Assembly: GCA_000165425.1 (NCBI GenBank)
Contig: CT868666.1
Coordinates: 1-64,000, forward strand
Direction: 5' to 3'
DNA from: Paramecium tetraurelia
Taxonomy: Eukaryota
Length of the DNA: 64,000 bases
In this document: one piece after another, positions 43,062-56,648 of the stretch
How the letters are laid out: every line of letters starts with the position of its first letter
Numbering within the stretch: the stretch's first letter is position 1
Position numbers and translations under genes: made by a program
Notes under the pieces: model-generated
Told to the model about the DNA's origin: nothing
Databases searched by the model: none
The model's input: the letters and a program-made list of their open reading frames with translations, nothing else

Positions 43062-46000
43062 TCATTTTCTTTTTTTGTTTAGTTTCGACTGTTTCTCTTC
43101 CATCTCTTGTTTCTTCCTCTTCATTTCATTCTGCTTATTACAATAATCAATGTCTCTGTTGGTATCCTCCATGATATTATAATTGTCATTCCTCTTCCTA
43201 TCAAAGTAATAAAGTTTATTCACTCTTTTTTTCTATATAAACATTAATAACATACTCTCTTCTCCATGGTTTCTTCTGACACTTTAGGTATGAATTTCAC
43301 ATCATCACTGTTCTGCTGACTCGAAGAATTATTGAATTTGTTCACATTCTCTATCTCTTCCTTCAATAATTCATTATCATCCTATTCCAAATTGGTTGCA
43401 CCTTCCAAGACCTTAGAATTCATCAATTTATATGAGTATGTTTGGTCTACCTTGAAACACAGATTGCAAAATGCCACTCCCTGATACATCATAACGCACT
43501 TCTTATGATAATTATGTTTGCATTCAAACACTACAAAATCATCATTACTAACTTTGCAATCCCCATCCAAACTCTACTCAGTTCTGTTCTTATAACAAAT
43601 CCTATTACTAGTAATGCCAATCTTCGATTTCTGAATGTAGACAGTTAATTTCTCGTAAATGTCATTCATTAACAGGTACTGTACATTTGATTACAAATGC
43701 TAAGTGTACAGATAATTTTGAATTATCTCCTGGAATGCCTTCTTCAATTGTCCCAAATCTAAATTATTATACCTGTTTGATAATTAATAAATAAGAGATC
43801 CCAAATTAGATACTTCTGCAATTGTTGCAAAGATGTGACAGATTTGAGTGGTGAATATACTATGCTTCATAAAGTTCTAAGATGGACTATCAAATATTAA
43901 ATTGTCTCTTATATCAATTAGTTGATCTAATAAAGTATACCATTTCTCTTCATTCTTTTCGAATTTATCATTCTTACAAATCTTCACAATTTTCTAAATT
44001 TGATTAACTATCTCATTTGTGGCTGCAAACTTTGCATCTTCAAATGGCTTCATAATATTAATTTCTTCCTAAGCCTAACCATTCTTCTTTTTCTTTTTGC
44101 CCATAGGAAATAATATTTTTAAATTGGCAAGTTTATGATGTTCATCTGATCCTCCTCCACCTAATCTCATCGATAGTTTATAGTTCTAATCCAACTCAGT
44201 TTTATGCTTTTGTATAATCTATCTTAATATTTAACAAGATATCGAAACTGATTCCACTATTCGTCCCATTTTCTCTAAAATATACGCTTGGGCTGCCAGT
44301 ATTTTATATTATTTGCAAGGTTCCAATATCTCTTCTAAGGGATAATCATACTGTGAGACTTCCTCAATTATTTTGTCAGGATTCAATTGGCACAACAATT
44401 ATATGTTGATTATGAGGAAGTTGGAATCTACCTTATTCCCCAATTCTCTCTCTCTTTTAATTACATTGTCAATGTATTGCAATTGTAATTCTGGAAATTA
44501 AGATAACTTCTCAATTACTACCTTCTCTGATTCACTATTGTAATTTGAGAATATGATCCTAGTTTTATTCCAATCGATTTGTATCAAATCACTAATCTTC
44601 AAAATCAGGGCTGATCTCATTTGATTGAAATTGTCCTGATCTGATTATTGCAATTCCTTCATTCTCATCTCCACCCAATCAAACACGAGATTTCTTACAA
44701 ATCTGTTTTGCGAAGTCAAAAAGAAATTAAACGCTCTTGTGAACTCCTTCTTTCTCTCTGCAAAATATATGCTAATCATCGAAAATGTCGTAAAATCAGC
44801 CTCATAACTCAATCCCAATACTGCACTTGATATTTCCTTCTCCAATTTAATTGCTATATTTATAAAATATTAACATTTCAAAAATTCTATTATATCTTTT
44901 TTATAATACCATTGCAATACTATATCTTGCATTTTCTGATCATCCTTAATACTATCAATTAATTCAGTAAAGTAGATCCAACAAAATACTTGTGGATTCT
45001 TTAACATATAACTTAAATATTCCACAATTCTTGATCCATGTCCCCCAAAACTAATAAAGTACCTTACTTAAAATAATATAAATTGAATTTGCAAGTCATC
45101 CAAGAAGCTCTCTTGTTTGTGAAATTATTAAAATGATTTTTAAAACTCATTCTCTCCTGCTTGTATGACACTTATCACCTTGCTTATGATCAACATCGTT
45201 CTACTGAAATTACTATTATCATATTTCTTTTGGTACTCCAAAACCTTCAACAACACCTCAAATGTGGATATTGTTTACAGGGTCATCAACTTCTCTATCG
45301 TCTAATCATTCAACAACCAATTCACTAATTACTTTTTTATCTCGACCTGCTTCTTCTCCTCCATCATATCCCCCAAAGCATCATTATTGATAAATATCAT
45401 TTTCATAATAGCCAATGCTCTACAGGCATAATAAATGCAAGTCTCAAACTGTGCCTTCTCTATCATCGTCAAAATGACTGACCAAATCTTCAAAATCGGA
45501 GTCAAATACTATTCCATATCCCCTTGAAAACAAATGATTGCCAAACTCTTCATTAATCCATACTTCAAACAAATCTTGATTAATTGGTCAGACTTTATAA
45601 TCTTATGATCCAAAGATTAAATCATCATCTAAATCAAATCTAATCGCTTCTCATTCATGTAAATCTCTATAATTTTATTCAGCATACTCACAGGTATCCT
45701 TTTAACAAACTTCTACTAATAAAAGGGTTATAAACAATATAAGAAAAACTGATGATTGTCTTTGAGACTCTGATTTACATCATTCATGATCTTTTCAAAT
45801 AACAAATCGTATGAATCACATTTCAACAAAAACTCAATCAATATTGATAACATAATCTGATTAGTCATCTTCAATTCTTGCAATTTATATTTACTAGCAT
45901 CCTGCATGGCTGAAATATTGGTTTAAATTAATTGCACACAAATCTTTATATATTTCAATGACAGATCTTCCACACTGTGTTTTATCAATGAATATCTCTC

Positions 46001-47516
46001 ATCCTTATTCAATTCTATGAACTCACTATAATATTCATTAAATCCCAAGTACAAACTCAACACATAATTCATGCAATACAGCCACTCCTCCTCTTGAATC
46101 AAGTGCTTTACTATCTTCCCCTGTCCAACCAAACTACTCTGAACACACCTATCATTAAAAAGAGCATTCTAATGCGAAAATTGTTGACTGTAATTGCAAA
46201 TGGGATCATTGTATAACTTCAATTTAACATACTGCTGAGTGACTTTTTTCATTAATGTCTTACACCTTCTGAATTAATATCCTGTAGGTCTGAATCCTGG
46301 ATTATCAAAATATTAATGCTTGATTGAACTCAACTGCTGTTCTGATTAATTCATATCAATATGCAGAGTATTCATAATTATAATTCCTTTGTCAGAGTAC
46401 AACAAATACAGAGAATCCTTCAAAAAGTCACATTCATAAACTAAACTCCCTACATTGATGTATTAGGATCTATGAAATATAGATGAACCCATTTCAATTT
46501 ATCTGTCATTCTCCAAAACCAAGTGATGCAATTTGTTATCCCAAACAAATGCCATCACATACCTCCTACTCAATTGATCCTTGATTCTCACCAGACCTCT
46601 CCCTATGGCGCAAGATGTTTTAAATATTTGTGAATCTCTTACCTTCCTTGGATTCTTGAATTCATATACTAACTTAAATGTAATCTCCTTTGTACTCATG
46701 ATTTCAACATAAACAACCCAAAAAAATTAAATGCTATTGATCCCAATTAAGATACGATTCTCAGTCATTTAAATATACTTCATTGATCCTGTAGGAAATT
46801 ACATTGTGTCGAGCAATTCCCATTCATCTATTGAATAACTGAATATGCCCTTTGTAAAATTAATCAACAAGGATTATCCAGAAGCGTCTATTGATGTTGT
46901 TACAAACTATTCCTCTTTGTTTTTCCATATGCACCGTATTACTATTATTCTCTGTATATGAATATTTGGAAATGCTTACACCAAAATTCCTTTGTTGCTA
47001 TCGATCAACAAAATGGCCTTATTTTAACCACAAAATAACAAATTACCATCCTTACTAAATTCCATGCACGATATCTCACCTAATGGAAGTATATACTCCT
47101 TCTCTTTCTTCTTATTCCATATTTATAAAAATTCTGCATAAGCTATTGCAATCTTATTTTTTTATACTGCCAAACACTTTGGATTGGGTTTTGTATGAGG
47201 GAATACCTCAAATTCAAATATGTCCTTGAGTTTCGGCTAATAATACAACGTCTATGATTAAAGTGGAAATGAATAATCAAATTGCTCATTCTAATACTTA
47301 AACTTTGTTCCATCTAATGAAATCTCTTACAGATATTTTGGATTCTAGAACTCCTTCCTGCTTTATTATTAATGAGTACTAAATTATTTGATCCAATTCC
47401 GAAGAATAAAATTGTTGAAACACACCCTCAGGAGTTATTTCTGTCCTTAAAGCACTCTCATTCAAGTCTAAATTAATCCTCCTCTACTCCTGCTTCTACT
47501 GGTCGTTGTAGTACAT
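43062..47516 (-). CDS. VPS8: CORVET subunit Vps8-like protein (beta-propeller, alpha-solenoid, RING-H2)
   Basis: ~4.4-kb gene with WD-like N-terminus, LIKICLKYGLMKSLAII..YLTPILK block, clathrin-repeat-like region and C-terminal CNRIC..VVFECKHNYHKKC..CNLC. Confidence 0.78.
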
Positions 47517-47605
47517 TTGACAGTGTATATTAATATAATTTTATATTAAACAAAAGAAAAATATCAATTCATATTTATTGACTATATAAATATTTAAGAA
47601 ACATT

Positions 47606-48839
47606 ATTAATAGAAATATTATAATATAGATGTTAAATTTGGTTTACGATTGTGAGGAAGTGTATAGCTATGAAAATAAAGAAATAATAGAAAAAGTTTT
47701 AAAGTTTGACTCAATAGGAGAAGTTAATTTAGATGAAAAAAATAAATCAATCACATATAAAATAAATCGCAGATAATGTATTCGATTAAGAGATTTGATA
47801 TTTTGGATTGTATTTAATATTAATATTCATTATCTTAATAGGAATCAGACTTTGTACGTATTCATTTAGGATAATTGCTGCATCTAATCATACTATTATT
47901 ACAATAAGTACGTTTAATTGAATCTCTAGGAATTGAACATGATTATCTTGATTTAACTAGAATTTGGCTTCATTTAAGTAATAATAGTGAGCATCCAAGT
48001 CTTATTTATCAAGCTTTGTATTATTCAATTCATTTTACAGGATATTAATGTACATTTTATCAAAAGCAATATTCTTCATAAAATGCATCTATTAATGTCA
48101 AAGAAATAATATAAATTATCTTTAATCGCTGTTTTTATAAAATTCATTTAAAATTTAATAATGTAGACAAAAGGAATGAAATATATAATTCAATAGTAAA
48201 ACCAATAATGGATTTATGTAAGTCCAATTCAAATAATATTGAAATCATTACTTGTATTTAAGATAAAATGAAGAAATACAATTATTAAGATGATCTAAAG
48301 AAAAACCTCATTTAATGTTTGGATATAGATGATTAATGTAATGATTATGTTGGATCTAACAGGCAAAAATCTATTCAAAAGGTTAATGAAGATTTAACAC
48401 GAATCGTATCATTTGGAAGTTAATATGGTTAAGTTACTATTGAATATTTGTTATCAGAAGCAATTCCGATGATGAGTTAATACTTTGGAAAACAATTCAA
48501 AACTTTAGTTTGATTATTTTAATAAAGCTTAACAATTTTATCAATTTATTTAGACAAATTAAAACAAGCTCAAAGATGAAATTTAAAAATATTTTTTACA
48601 TTTGATTCCATATGGCTTAAAAGAAAAAGAAAAGGAATATAAATTTGAAATAACTCAAGATGAAATCAAATAACTTGAAGATCAAATTATAAGTTCAATA
48701 TTTCAATCTCCATATATTCAATATTTTAATAACACTTATTGGTTATATACTAAAAACGAAGAATATATAAATTATCAATTATCAGCAGCATAAAAATTTA
48801 TCTATTAAGAAGTTTAAGAATAAGTGAATCTATTATTTA
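47606..48839 (+). repeat. ~1.23-kb direct repeat, copy 2 (copy 1 at 37153-38388)
   Basis: Near-identical to copy 1, including the intron and ~25 bp upstream of the ATG. Confidence 0.95.
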
Positions 48840-48877
48840 CATTACAGAATGTGATTTTAGTTGAGGATATAATATGA
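47630..48877 (+). CDS. Pseudokinase-like protein, family member C, with +1 T at 48484-48486
   Basis: MLNLVYDCEE..GIEHDYLDLTRIWL..IHFTGYQC..LVEDII*. Intron 47810-47841. Confidence 0.68.
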
Positions 48878-49153
48878 ACTATTTTTTTATAAAGTATTTG
48901 AGTTAAAATTTATACTTTTTTAGAGAAATAATTAACAAAAAGTTAAGTAAAGAATGTTAATTTTCGATAAAATTATTCTGCTAAATCAATTTTGAATCAA
49001 TCATTATACGACATCATAAAAACTGAATAATTCTTCGTAATAATGTCTCTATATGACATATTATTCTTAATTTGAATGTTATAAGTACATTATTAAAATG
49101 TACTTAAAATAAAATTAATAAGAAAAACACTTCATAAATATAAATATAAATAA

Positions 49154-50332
49154 TCATACTAATTTAAGGGAAGTATTCATTGCTTTGAAGGCATAGTTTT
49201 TATCAATTTTTTTATCGTTTTTTTCATTAGCTCTTGAAATTAATTTGGATACATAAACTTTATTATTAGGATTTAACGTGTTTGTATTCATGTTAGATGG
49301 ACAAAAAGATTTGATGATGTCTGGTTCAGGTTTCTAGTCTTCGGATTCTGATTGATTGTCAATCAACATCATCTGATAAGAGTTTTCAATGTCATCTCGT
49401 TCGATCATTTAAGAATGACCTTCCTCATAGATTTCTTCAGTCTTGATTTCAAAGGGGGAGACGTATTCTTGATCCTTCTTGGGAGTCTTACTCAGAGATG
49501 GAGCCATTTTGGGTAATTTAGGTTGAGTGAATTGCTCCTTGTTTTCAAAGCTGACATAGACACTATCATTGGATTCTATTTTATTTTTTTGTTCATGGAG
49601 ATTTTTCTTTATTAAACAAGTTTTGAGTGAATGTACAGTCATAAGATGTGTAATGTTGATTGGTTCATTGAGAGTAACTTTCAAGACTTCAATGGGTGTT
49701 TTTTGAATGCATTCAGTTCTGTCAATAAATAAATGTAGATTCTTATTATAGCTAGTCATAATTTCATTAAAAGGTTCATTTTGCATTTGTCTGAGAATAC
49801 CGTCGAGATTGGTTTCGACATCGGTTTTCATGCTAATGGTTTCAGACCTAGACAATTATAAACAAGATATTGAGTCATCATATTGTTTGGATAGAGTTTT
49901 AAAGTTAGTGAATAATTGTTAAAGCAATCGCATTTTCTCATCTTCCAAACATTAACTAATTTAAACGTGGAATCTTTCGACTTTCTCTCTTTATTAATCA
50001 TAATACTTCTGAATATCTTCTCGTTTAGCGATCAGGGCATTCATTAGTCTGTCTATCTAAGGTATTGAATTATTGACCGAGGTGATAAATTTAAGGATTT
50101 GGTCTCTTCTATAGTCATCCTCTAGCCCTGGAATTTCTTCAACTTTCATTCCTTTACCCACCATGTTAACAGCACATTTGGAACATAATTGGAGAGAGGA
50201 ATCCTTCACAACATGATATTTGGCCTTTTTGTTTTAATGATTAACACATTAATTCAATTTGCGAGGTTTCTCAGTATTTTGATCATTCGGTTTAATTTTT
50301 GAGGGAGTAAGTCTTTATCTGATGTTTGACAT
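49154..50332 (-). CDS. Hypothetical 392-aa protein with B-box-like zinc motif and coiled coil
   Basis: CVNHQNKKAKY..LCSKCAV followed by coiled coil. 1179 nt in frame. Confidence 0.7.
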
Positions 50333-50712
50333 GGGAGTTGATGAAAATTTGAATTTAAATAATTAAAAAAGTAAAAAAATATACAATATACATTAAATTT
50401 CTCATAGAGTACTCGCTCATATGCCTTACTGATGAGAGAATAATGACAGAATCTACTTCTAGTCAGATCAGCTTTTTTGAGATGATAGTTAGTAATTGAG
50501 GATAAATGGTATCTATATTTATACAAATATGTAAGTATTGGTTAATAAAGAAGAGGTTGAAAAACTCAATAGATTGAATTTACTATTCCAATTGTTAACG
50601 ATGAATGATCGCATATTTATCGATGTAATTAAAATCATCTTATTTGTATTGGATATAAGAAGAATTCAACTAAATAAATTCATAGTAATATTGTTGAATA
50701 TTGTATCAAATC

Positions 50713-51959
50713 ATGATTCCATAAGTGCAAGAAACTGATTATCTTTACAGCATGCCCAAGTCATTTTCAACACGAGCAATTCACACAGCATAACATGCAG
50801 AACCTATTCATGGCAGCGTGAATGTTCCCATTCATTTGAGTACAACTTATAAACAGAGAGGACCTGGTTAACCTTATTCCACATTCGATTATACAAGATG
50901 TGGTAATCCAACAAGAGCAGCCTTGGAAGAATGCATAGCTGATTTAGAGAATAGCAAACATTGCATAACATTTTCATCTGGTTGTGCAGCAATATCCTGC
51001 ATCATCAATACTTGTAAGAATGGTGAATAGATCATTTGTTGCGATGATGTAGTATATGGTGGTACTCAAAGATATATGAGAAATTTCTCTGTTAAGAATC
51101 ATGGAATTGATGTTTTGTTTGTAGATATCACAGATCCTCAAAGTGTAGTCAAGACGATCACAGAAAAGACCAAAATAATCTGGATAGAAACCCCTACTAA
51201 TCCAACTCTCAAAATTGTGGATATTTCAGCTGTTTGCAAAATAGCTAAAGAGAACAAGATATTAACTGTAGTTGATAACACATTTGCTACTCCATATCTC
51301 TAAACTCCAAGTGATCTGGGAGCTGACATTAGTGTATTATTTTCAATCCTATAAACAGATTAACTCTGGAACCAAATATATGGGTGGACATGATGACGTC
51401 GTCTTTGGATCTTTGACTTGCAATGATAAGGAATTGTATGACAGATTGTACTTCTCTGCAAAATCTTAAGGAGGCTGTCCTAGTATCTTTGATTGTTATC
51501 TCATCATGAGAAGTTTGAAGACTTTAGAATTGAGAGTTAAGTAAGCTACAAAGAATGCCTATATCTTTGCAAAGTATTTGGAAGGCAATCCTTTGGTTGA
51601 GAAAGTTATCTATCCTGGGTTGTCCTCTCATCCGTAACATGAATTGGTTAAAAGACAATAAAGAGGAGGGGGAGCAATGATAAGCTTTTATGTTAAGGGA
51701 GGTTTTGAAGAAACTAGTAAATTGTTGAAGGCTTTGAAAATATTTACACTTGCTGAATCCTTGGGAGGAGTTGAAAGTATTAATTTACACAAAATAAGGT
51801 TTAATTGAAGTACCATCAGTTATGACACATGGATCAATACCTGTTGACGTAAGAAACTAATTGGGGATTACAGACAATATGGTTAGAGTTTCAATTGGTA
51901 TTGAAAATGTTGAGGATTTGATATAGGATATGGAGGAGGCTCTTAAATCAACGCAATGA
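50713..51959 (+). CDS. CTH: Cystathionine gamma-lyase (Cys/Met metabolism PLP enzyme)
   Basis: YTRCGNPT, FSSGCAA, IETPTNP, DNTFATP, SGTKYMGGH, LAESLGGVES and RVSIGIE. Introns near 51334-51358 and 51777-51798. Confidence 0.93.
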
Positions 51960-52008
51960 ATATATATTTTAATAATATTTATATACATCATTAATAATTA
52001 TATACAAA

Positions 52009-53948
52009 TCAATCAATTATTAATAATTTGCCCAAGTTACTTACTTTTAATTCTTGTAGTATTTCCATTAATTGTTAATTGATATCAGTTTCAATTAATT
52101 ACATAGTACTTGTATAATAGGAGTTCATATTTATTTGCTATCCATTCTGGTGGATTATGAACAATTAGTTATCAATGCTAATTTATTACAACAGAGAGCC
52201 CTTGAACTTTAGACTTTACAATTGTTAACAATTACCAATCTGATGATCAATGGGCTAATCGAAATCAATAGAGTATTTAATCACAGTGTCAATATCCTAA
52301 GCCTATCTGCCACCAAAAGTGATGAAATCCAAATTACTCTAGTTCGATCTGCAAATAAATGTGCAAGCCTCTATTGGACTATATAGAGTGATTCCTAACA
52401 TCTCCCAACATTTGAAATCTGGATTGTAGATCTCAATTGTGTTGATTCTTGTTTTGAATGTGTTAAATCCTCCTGCAACCAGCACTCTGCCATTGTGTTG
52501 GATCATAAAAGAACTGCATCTCTTTTCATTTAACTTTGGAAGCACTTCCCATTGATTATTATTGATGTGATATCTCTCACAGGAATCCAAAATGCCTTAA
52601 TCATCATTACCGTAATTCCTGCCTCCAGCAACATATATGTAGTTATCTACCAATGCATAACTGAAGGCATATCTAGCTTAATTCATTTTGGCTAATTTAG
52701 TAATTTGATTGAAATTAGATTCCAATTTGATAGTTTCATTACTTATTTAATTCATCTGGTTGTTCACTCCTCCCATAATGATGAGACTACCATCTTTCAA
52801 GAGTAGAGCTCCAGAATATAAAAATATCTTATTCGATAATATCGTAGTTGATTAAATATAATCTTTAAATTTTTATTATTTTGATTAATTCTGATCCTTA
52901 AAATAATTCTTATTAATCCTGTAAATGGCCTCCTCCTATATAATTACAATGTAAGAGATGATCTGCTTCTAAATCACTCCCAACTCAAAAGTGTAATCAG
53001 CAATGCTGAATTCCTTCAAACTCTCATTAGTAATTGAATTAAACACTTTATTTTTGTAAGTTCGAAGTTCCAAATTGGAAATGTCTCCTCTCTCCACAGA
53101 TAAAGTGTCACTCCCAAAAAACTACACTGAATAATTCTCAATCTAAATCCCCTTCTACAACACTCTTGGTTTCTGATTACTGGTCTTACCGATGTAGGAG
53201 ATCTGTTTTGTAAAGTCAACCACTTGATGGTTATCAATAATGCCTTCAGCTGATTATCCACCCAAAATGAATAATTCCTTCTTGTCATTCTGGTACAACA
53301 CTCCCTATTCTACGCCGTAATGTAATTTTAACTCCAATATGACCCATTAACTATTTTCATATTTCTCAATTTTCTTGGATCTCTTTCTTACATCAGTGTA
53401 TCCACCGAAGACATATATTTTCTATTCAAACAATATGGAAAAGAATGTTGCACGACGACAATTCATGGGGGCAATCATTTCCCATTTGCCTTTCTAAAAG
53501 TCATAGCTTTCACAACTATTCAAAATGCCTTCGCTTCCTTAACCATATGATCGTCCCTAACCTATTAATACAATAGTCCTTACTCCCAAAGCATATAGTT
53601 TTTGATCGTATTTGTTATAGATTAGTTAATGTGTATATCTTGGAATGTTCATTGAAGGGAGGTTCCTAAAGATATTCTCCTCCACATTGTATCGATAAAC
53701 ATTATTGCTAACCTCTTAATAGTTTTCATCGATTCCACCACTTAGATAAACCGTGCTCTCATTTACCTAAACACATGCCATGTTTTTTAAAACTATCTAA
53801 TGATTAAACAAAAATCTGATACTTACGGAGTCTGACTTCTCGTGAATTCATCCTTGACTGTGTTGTAACTCAATAAAACATTGGGGAAACCAAAAAAATA
53901 GCATAGTTTTTCTGGAATCGCTTTTTATGTTGATTATTCTATTCCCAT
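52009..53948 (-). CDS. Kelch-repeat protein
   Basis: Repeated GG..Y..W Kelch blades, e.g. YVAGGRNYG..LDSCERY..QWEVLPKL. Confidence 0.85.
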
Positions 53949-53997
53949 TCTTTATTTATTTATATTTAACAATATTCAATATGATTAATTTATATAA

Positions 53998-54885
53998 ATG
54001 ATTATTTTATTTGGTTTCTTTACTTTGGCTTTATCTGATTGTTCTAGCAATCCCTTCACTCCCCAATACTTAAATCTCCTCCATAATCTCGAGATGGATG
54101 TACAACAATACAACACCTATATGTAATCCACACCTAAAGATTAAGTACTTGCACTCCCAATTATTATTTAGACTCTAAATATATGTTCAAAAATGAATTC
54201 CTATTCTTGTTGCACTCCTGAAACTGAGACCTTCTTCCAATCCATCATTTCCAAATATCAATCCAAATTGCTAGACAATAACAGCGAATTGCAGAACTTG
54301 TTGAAGACATTTGAATCTAATATCAAAGTATGTGGACTACTAAATAACACCTCATTTGGAAATTCATTTATTGGAACTGATAGCATAGAAAACTATAAAT
54401 TGTAATTAAAATAATTAGCCAAACTATAAGCTGGGTTTTTGTAAGGAAATCTTTGCATAATGTGTGCAGCATCAAATGACACTAAATTTATATAGAACAA
54501 CAAAATAGTTGCACTGAAATCCAATTATGATTAGTATATAAGCAACCTTATCAATTAATATGATTCTTTGCAAAGTCAGGTCATAAATTTCAAATAGTTT
54601 GTGTTAGACTATTATCTGAATTACACAGACACCTTACGCTGCAGTAGTGTTTTGGAAGAGTTCCTTCAATCTTGGCAAAATGTGGTGGTGTGTCCTGGAA
54701 ACATGTGCGATTTGTACATAAAAAATACAATCTAACCACTTGGGTTTAGATAATTGATGGCTGAGGATTATTACACATTTAGTGAGACAGAAGGGATTGA
54801 AGTTTACATAGAAGTAACTGGAGGGGAGGTAGCATCAAAGGGGGTAATACTGATTTTTATGATAACATTTATACTATTGTTGTGA
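53998..54885 (+). CDS. Secreted, probably GPI-anchored Cys-rich helical protein
   Basis: Signal peptide, CSKMNSYSCC, LCIMCA and hydrophobic C-terminus VILIFMITFILLL*. Confidence 0.7.
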
Positions 54886-54948
54886 TAATGTTTGTTTATA
54901 TTGATAATTAACATCAATATATATATATATTTTAAATATAATTAATAT

Positions 54949-55335
54949 ATGGATCAAAGTATGTTTGAGTTATTCGGAGGTGACGGGCAGATATCAGATT
55001 TGATAGATCAGTTTTATTATAAGGTGTTATTCGATTAAAGTTTGAGAAGCATGTTTTTAAAAGCAGACATGACTAGAGTTAGATTATAATAAAAGACCTT
55101 TTTCGCCCAAATGTTCGGCTGTGTTCACACCAAATACACTGGAAAGTATTAATTCTAATAAATATACAGAGATCTAGTGGAAGTACATAAGAATTTGAGC
55201 ATAACTGATCAACAATTCGATAGATTCTTATATCATCTAAAATGCATATTAGCTGACATGAACAAACCCTAAGAATTGATTGATTCAGTATTGAAGAGAG
55301 TAGATAGCCATAGACATGTAATTGTGTTTAAATGA
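54949..55335 (+). CDS. Truncated (2/2) hemoglobin, group I / protozoan type
   Basis: MFELFGG, IDQFY (B9-B10), D..L.SMF..ADM, YTGKDLVEVH (proximal His) and ITDQQFD. One 24-nt intron near 55146-55169. Confidence 0.92.
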
Positions 55336-55342
55336 TATATAT

Positions 55343-56648
55343 TCATTATTTTTTTCTTCTATTATCAATGTCCCTAAAATTCTATTCCTCCAATTGCAAT
55401 TTGGCTCTATAAAAAGATATTATTCATAAATACTTCTAAGCATCCTCCATCTTTTAATTCCTCATAAGAATCAAATCACACCTCCTTGTAGTATCAGATT
55501 CCAATATTTCCTAAGGTGAGATCCACTTCTTCTTTTCTTCGTCTATCTACCAAACGTTCTCTTCTCCAAAGAGCAACCCCTCTAACCATGATCCAATTCC
55601 TTATTAAATAAGAGTCCTTAAATGGTATATGATCCCAATTACTCTGTTTTATTTCCATTGCCATCAGTTTTCACTTCAAAAATATCCACCTCTACAATAT
55701 CGAAGATCTTGGCCTATTCTTACGACTTGAAGAATGAAGTAATCTTAGACATCATCCCTTCAGCATTGTAATTAAAAGTAATCACTGCTTTCACACCAGG
55801 TCCCTCGACAATCATCTTCCCTTGCCAATTCAATATTCGGTCTCCCATCATTAATCCAGTTATCTCCCTTATATGTATTTATAGACATGATTACATTGTT
55901 GGTCTCTATGTACATTTATAGACAGCTCCATTGTTGAAGACTATGGTTTATCTACCAGTCTAAAGTCCTGTTAACGAATTCACTGTCTTATGAACTTATA
56001 TATCCAATCTGTCATCACCATATATTTTATAATTATTTCCTAATATGTAATAATATGAAATTGGCGGATCAAAAGAAGTTTATTCTGCAAAGAATTGTGT
56101 TCCATCCTCTTTCACCAACTACACATTTACAAACTATTTTATTACCTAAAGAGTCTCTCCTACTAATGGATCCAAAGGTGATTTCATTTTTGTGACCTCC
56201 CCATTGCAATGTAATCCAGAAATCTATAATATGATTCCAATTCTTACCTAATAGGCTGAGATATATTTGATCTGTTCCAATGGTGATAACTGACTACATC
56301 TCTCCAGTAAATTACTAAACGTGTGTCCTCTTGTTTTATAATCAATTGTATTTACAGTGCCACTCCATGTAAGAAACTCATATCCAAAGACATGGCTACG
56401 GGCTTGCTGATTTACATCAAAGATCCAAAATTTCCTGTCATGATCTTCCCACTCACTTATTTAAACATGCTGGCTGCCACCTTTTAGGTTTCAGAATTCT
56501 CATCCCCAAATGATAAATTTAGACCTCCTAATATTATGATTAATCAGCACTCACCTTGTTGATGAGCTGCCTTATGTCTATGAGTAGGAAATTGTTGAGC
56601 TTATTGCCCATTTTGATTGTCATTCTGTTTTTTAAATCCGAACCACAT
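55343..56648 (-). CDS. Oxysterol-binding protein (ORD-only) with divergent signature
   Basis: ISKPVAM, SPLDPLVGET, AEQTSFDPPISYY and LESDTTRRCDL..AQKAKLQLEE. Multiple small introns. Confidence 0.85.

Noticed and set aside
47606..48839. Duplicated 1.2-kb segment as a transposon or retrocopy
   Set aside because: No terminal inverted repeats, target-site duplication, poly(A) tail or transposase/RT motifs seen. The intron is retained and the boundaries track a gene
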